This document shows positions 34,049-37,369 of a stretch of DNA of 37,369 nucleotides, in pieces. Numbering within the stretch: position 1 is the stretch's first letter; each line of letters opens with the position of its first letter. Below the pieces are notes generated by a model. The model ran no database searches. It saw only the letters and a list, made by a program, of their open reading frames with translations, and was not told where the DNA came from. A program made the position numbers and the translations under genes. The DNA is taken from positions 1 through 37,369 of the forward strand of contig JYFJ02003813.1 of assembly GCA_000934665.2 (NCBI GenBank), in the 5' to 3' direction. The DNA is from Catajapyx aquilonaris. Taxonomy: Eukaryota.

Positions 34049-34353
34049 AATTTCATAATAATTCATAATTCATAATCCATTATCAGCCGGCGGCTCTTTA
34101 GGGGGGGAGTTCATCCCAATTTTGTTTTGACTGGAACTCTTTGCTTTCATTTTTACTTTGCTTTTTGGGATAGGATAGGAAAGGAAGGACGCGGCTGTGG
34201 CCTATTATTTAGGAAGAAATCCCGGAATTCTCCTGGGGGGACCGTGGGAAACCACAGAAAACCACGGTTAGGATTGCAGCCCCCGGGACTCGAACCCAGG
34301 ACCTCCCGATTACCAGTCGAACACCTTATCCACTCCACCGAACTGCTTTGGTA
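34049..34353 (-). mobile_element. tRNA-derived SINE family D (Lm1-like core), Dicer-1 intron copy
   Basis: Same head and core as 10759-10940 (gggaggtcctgggttcgagtcccgg...ggttttctgtggttt...taggccacagccgc), a different 3' body, and an (ATGAATT)n tail. Confidence 0.87.
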
Positions 34354-35250
34354 TTTAATTTAAATTTGTGATCCTGTTAAGTGTAGCAGGGAATGGCCTA
34401 GGCAATGGAAGTCTCGTAAGCAGTATCCCAAACCTATAACCTGCGAGATAATGCACTTTTTATCTAATGCTAATTATCTCGGTAACTATGCATTGCAGAC
34501 CAATGTTGTATATACTCAAAGTGATCGTCAAGAACCCGACTATCACTTCCCAAAGCGATGGTAGATTATATTTCCAAACCCTGTATATAAAGCCCCTAGA
34601 CAAGAATATAGGATATAGGATGGAAAAGATGTCACACTTCCCGGCATCACAGAGAGCTCTGAGTAGGCTCGTTGGAAAGCTGACCCAGACATTAGTGCAG
34701 AGAAAAATCCTCATCATTGAAAAATTCCCAACCGTTTTCGAGCTACGACCAAAAAACGACTTTTCCATGCCCAGATGGTCGTTAATCCCAGAAAAAAAAA
34801 TAGCCCACCCACCTAACCCCTATGCCCGGTGACATCTGTTTCCACTCCCGACTCAAACATTCCCTTCGAATGATACGTCAGACACATTCGGATGGTCTTC
34901 ACCTTCTTCATCGGATAAAAAAAAAATTTCAGCCGTTATTTTCTAAGGCTTGATATTCTCTGTGGGATGGTGTACTACCTGTACATATTTAGGGATGCTT
35001 TCTCACTATTACTTGGAGCAATATTGACAATCCTAAATGGGGCTCTTATTCTCTGACACTATCTACTGTATACATACATATTTACCTATCCATCAAGTTT
35101 TGATTACTATACCAAGTTTGAATAGCCAGTTGGGGTATCAAACCAGCACGCTCATATTAATATGAATGGTAGGGCTAATATTCTACAAGGTACCCGAATG
35201 ATCATGAAACTTGGGTGTTAATCTACTGCATGTAACGAAATCCCTATAAC

Positions 35251-35658
35251 CTTTGGTATCTCCTTTAGGGTAAGGATCCCAAATCCTTGTGCTGATGCTT
35301 CCGGAGCATAAATCTTTCTTCCCCTTGTGTTTTGCTCTTCTGGTATAGGGCATGTGAGAACCATTCTGATGTGGTACAAAAAGGCCTTTGTTTTGGGCCT
35401 TGGCCTGCAGTCTGTGAGTGCTTCTGCAGCCCTTTTATAGTAGTATTGCCGGCGTTTAGTAGTCCCAGGTCGAGGCTCATTCTCCCTCATTGGTTCATCG
35501 TCATTGGCTGCTATGTCGAGAAGATCTTCTTCATACTGAATACTCTCTTTGCCCACTGGAAGAAGATGGTTGTCTAGTTCCTTTTCAGTGTGGAGAATCC
35601 GGCACGTCTTCACTGCCACAGCCCTCTTGGCGAGAGTCTTGGTAGGCATGGGTGCACC
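35251..35658 (-). CDS. Dcr-1: Dicer-1 exon (first in window): end of DUF283 and start of platform domain
   Basis: Acceptor ttttgccaacag, donor GTTATA, 408 nt, phase 0-0. Translates GAPMPTKTLAKRAVA...ELDNHLLPVGKE...RPGTTKRRQYYYK...TCPIPEEQNTRGRKIYAPE...GFGILTLKEIPK, which are Dicer-1 motifs. Upstream exons lie outside the window. Confidence 0.95.
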
Positions 35659-36001
35659 CTGTTGGCAAAATACCATCATACACTTTAAAAGAGACATACT
35701 TTTTGGATGTACTTTTCAAAAATCCTAAAAACTCCCTAATCACTTTTACAGTGAAACAAAATGACAAACAAAGACTAATACAAGGACTTGTGTTAGATGA
35801 CTTCTTTCCTTCATAATACATCACTCATCGACCAGGGGCCTTATGCTGCATAGCAATGGAAATTCTCACGGGCCAATTTGATCTCACCATATTGTTCAGC
35901 TAAAGGCCATGCTGTAGGGCAAGGGGTTTCCAGCTTTCCACCACTGGACAGGGCCTTCTCTAAACTATCACAGCGTAGGGACAGCCCTGCTCATGCACAG
36001 G

Positions 36002-36125
36002 CAGGGTTGGAAAAAAAACGGTTTTTTTTTTTTTTTAAACACCAAATAACCAGGGTTTTTTTTGGTTTAAACCAGGTTTTTTTGGTTTAAACCAGGTTTA
36101 ATTTCAAATTTTTGGTTTAAATTCA
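36002..36125. mobile_element. Left end of a hAT-like element with tandem palindromic subterminal repeats
   Basis: cagggttggaaaaaaa start followed by repeats of ttttggtttaaaccagg; the partner end is not seen in the window. Confidence 0.5.
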
Positions 36126-36332
36126 TTTAAACAAGTTGTGACTTCTTATCATCTACATATGCCCATTCCCAACTCATAGTGAGGTAAATAATAAGTTATA
36201 CTTTCGAAATGTATCTTGCTTAAAATTACAATTATTAGGCAAATTGAAAGCTGAGTCTCAAAATATGGCATTATTTTGAAAACTACAATGTAGAGATTTC
36301 ACACAGAAATGTTGCTTAAATGTTTCAATATA

Positions 36333-37316
36333 GGGTCATTCCATGTCAGTACATCCAGCCATGTCACCCACCATCTCAGATTTTCTTGAAATTTTAACTG
36401 GGCAAATTGTGTACTGAGAAACTAATATCCTGAAAATTTTAGCCTCCTAGCTCTTATAGTTCTTGAGCTGTGGCCAGGGAAATGAGGGTGAAAATGGCTA
36501 CGGCAGAGTTGTGAAGGCACGACTTGTTTTTCAAAATATTTTATTGTGTGTTAACTAATTGGTGTAGAAAGTTGAAAATATTTGTACTTATGCACAGAAA
36601 CCTTCCGATTCCAAAAATGCTGTCAGATTTGTGCTGAGATCATATCTTCACACATTAATCAATAACATTTATTGGCATGACCTTGAAACTTTCACAGCTC
36701 ATTCCCAAAATGTGTATCCTCAAATTTTAATGAAATTGCACCAAAAGAAAGGTCTTGAAGTCTACTTTCAGGAGGTGTAAAAATTTGTCTGTGTATTTTG
36801 GGTTTTCACCTTGATAATGGTACATTAACACAAAGTGTCAATCACCAAGACTGTTCTATTGACACATGCCTTCAGATAGCTATATAATTACTCCAGTATC
36901 TGGACATGATAATTTGAGTCTCTTTCATTGGCCTAAAGAAGACACAATTACTAATCATTTCATTAACATTTCACTTCAAAATGAGCAAGCACGAACCAAA
37001 CATCTTACAATTGCAAGTGAACTCCTTTGTTGCATGTGTTTACGATCACCATTGGTATCTTGGGGTTGTGGATGAAATGGGAAAACATGACTTTGATGGT
37101 GACGTATATGTGAAATTTATGTATCCACATGGCCCAGCAAGATCCTACTATTGGCCAAATCCTGATGATAAGTGCTGGGTTCCAGTGCAACATGTGCTAT
37201 GTGTGGTAGGAATGCCTACTACTGCAACTGAAAGGCAATACCAACTGTCACGGGTGTCGTGCAAGGAAATTGAAACTGCTTGGTGTAGTTTCACGAAAAA
37301 GGAAAGTGACTTATAA
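36333..37316 (+). mobile_element. Deleted DNA transposon (Sola2-like) retaining the transposase C-terminal domain (ORF 36981-37316)
   Basis: Terminus-like gggtcattccatgtca. The ORF contains FVACVYDHHWYLGVV...DVYVKFMYPHGPARSYYWPNPDDKCWVPVQHVL, the pattern recalled for the C-terminus of Sola2-type transposases. No catalytic core is seen upstream. Confidence 0.6.
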
Positions 37317-37369
37317 GGGGTCGTCCATATACCACGTGACCGATTTTCGGGCACTTTTTGACCCCCCCC
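37317..37369. mobile_element. Start of a Harbinger-like MITE, truncated by the window edge
   Basis: TAA followed by ggggtcgtccatataccacgtgacc...ttttgacccccc, typical of PIF/Harbinger MITE ends. Only one end is visible. Confidence 0.55.

Noticed and set aside
9720..34353. tRNA genes at the A/B-box sites
   Set aside because: Each tRNA-like head lacks a complete acceptor stem and continues into a SINE body and tail, often with a TSD.
34460..34832. Overlapping 102-aa and 121-aa ORFs in a Dicer-1 intron
   Set aside because: No recognisable domain or splice support; the sequence resembles a non-coding DNA-transposon interior whose ends I could not define.

Overview
Eukaryotic, most likely arthropod (insect-like), genomic DNA, dense in repeats, with two small N gaps inside G/C homopolymers. 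The right half holds the 3' part of an intact Dicer-1 gene on the minus strand. Eleven exons with GT-AG boundaries and compatible phases (35658 down to the stop at 21497) total 3825 nt, or 1274 aa plus stop. They cover the end of DUF283, platform, PAZ, RNase IIIa, RNase IIIb and dsRBD; the helicase exons lie beyond the window. The left half holds a candidate two-exon 128-aa gene of unknown family (+, 3263-3721), a disrupted condensin II Cap-D3-like exon (-, 6408-6764) and possible remnants of further minus-strand exons. Introns and intergenic DNA are filled with non-autonomous DNA transposons (piggyBac-, pogo/Tc1/mariner-, hAT-, Harbinger- and Sola-like MITEs, many nested) and several tRNA-derived SINE families. 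The main leads are: (i) a covarying 3' stem-loop shared by otherwise different SINE/LINE tails; (ii) an inverted SINE pair bracketing a phase-symmetric 2685-nt block of Dicer-1 exons carrying both RNase III domains; (iii) hairpin MITEs just downstream of the Dicer-1 stop; (iv) the candidate orphan gene; (v) the Cap-D3 pseudo-exon. All family assignments are by eye or from memory; no searches were run.
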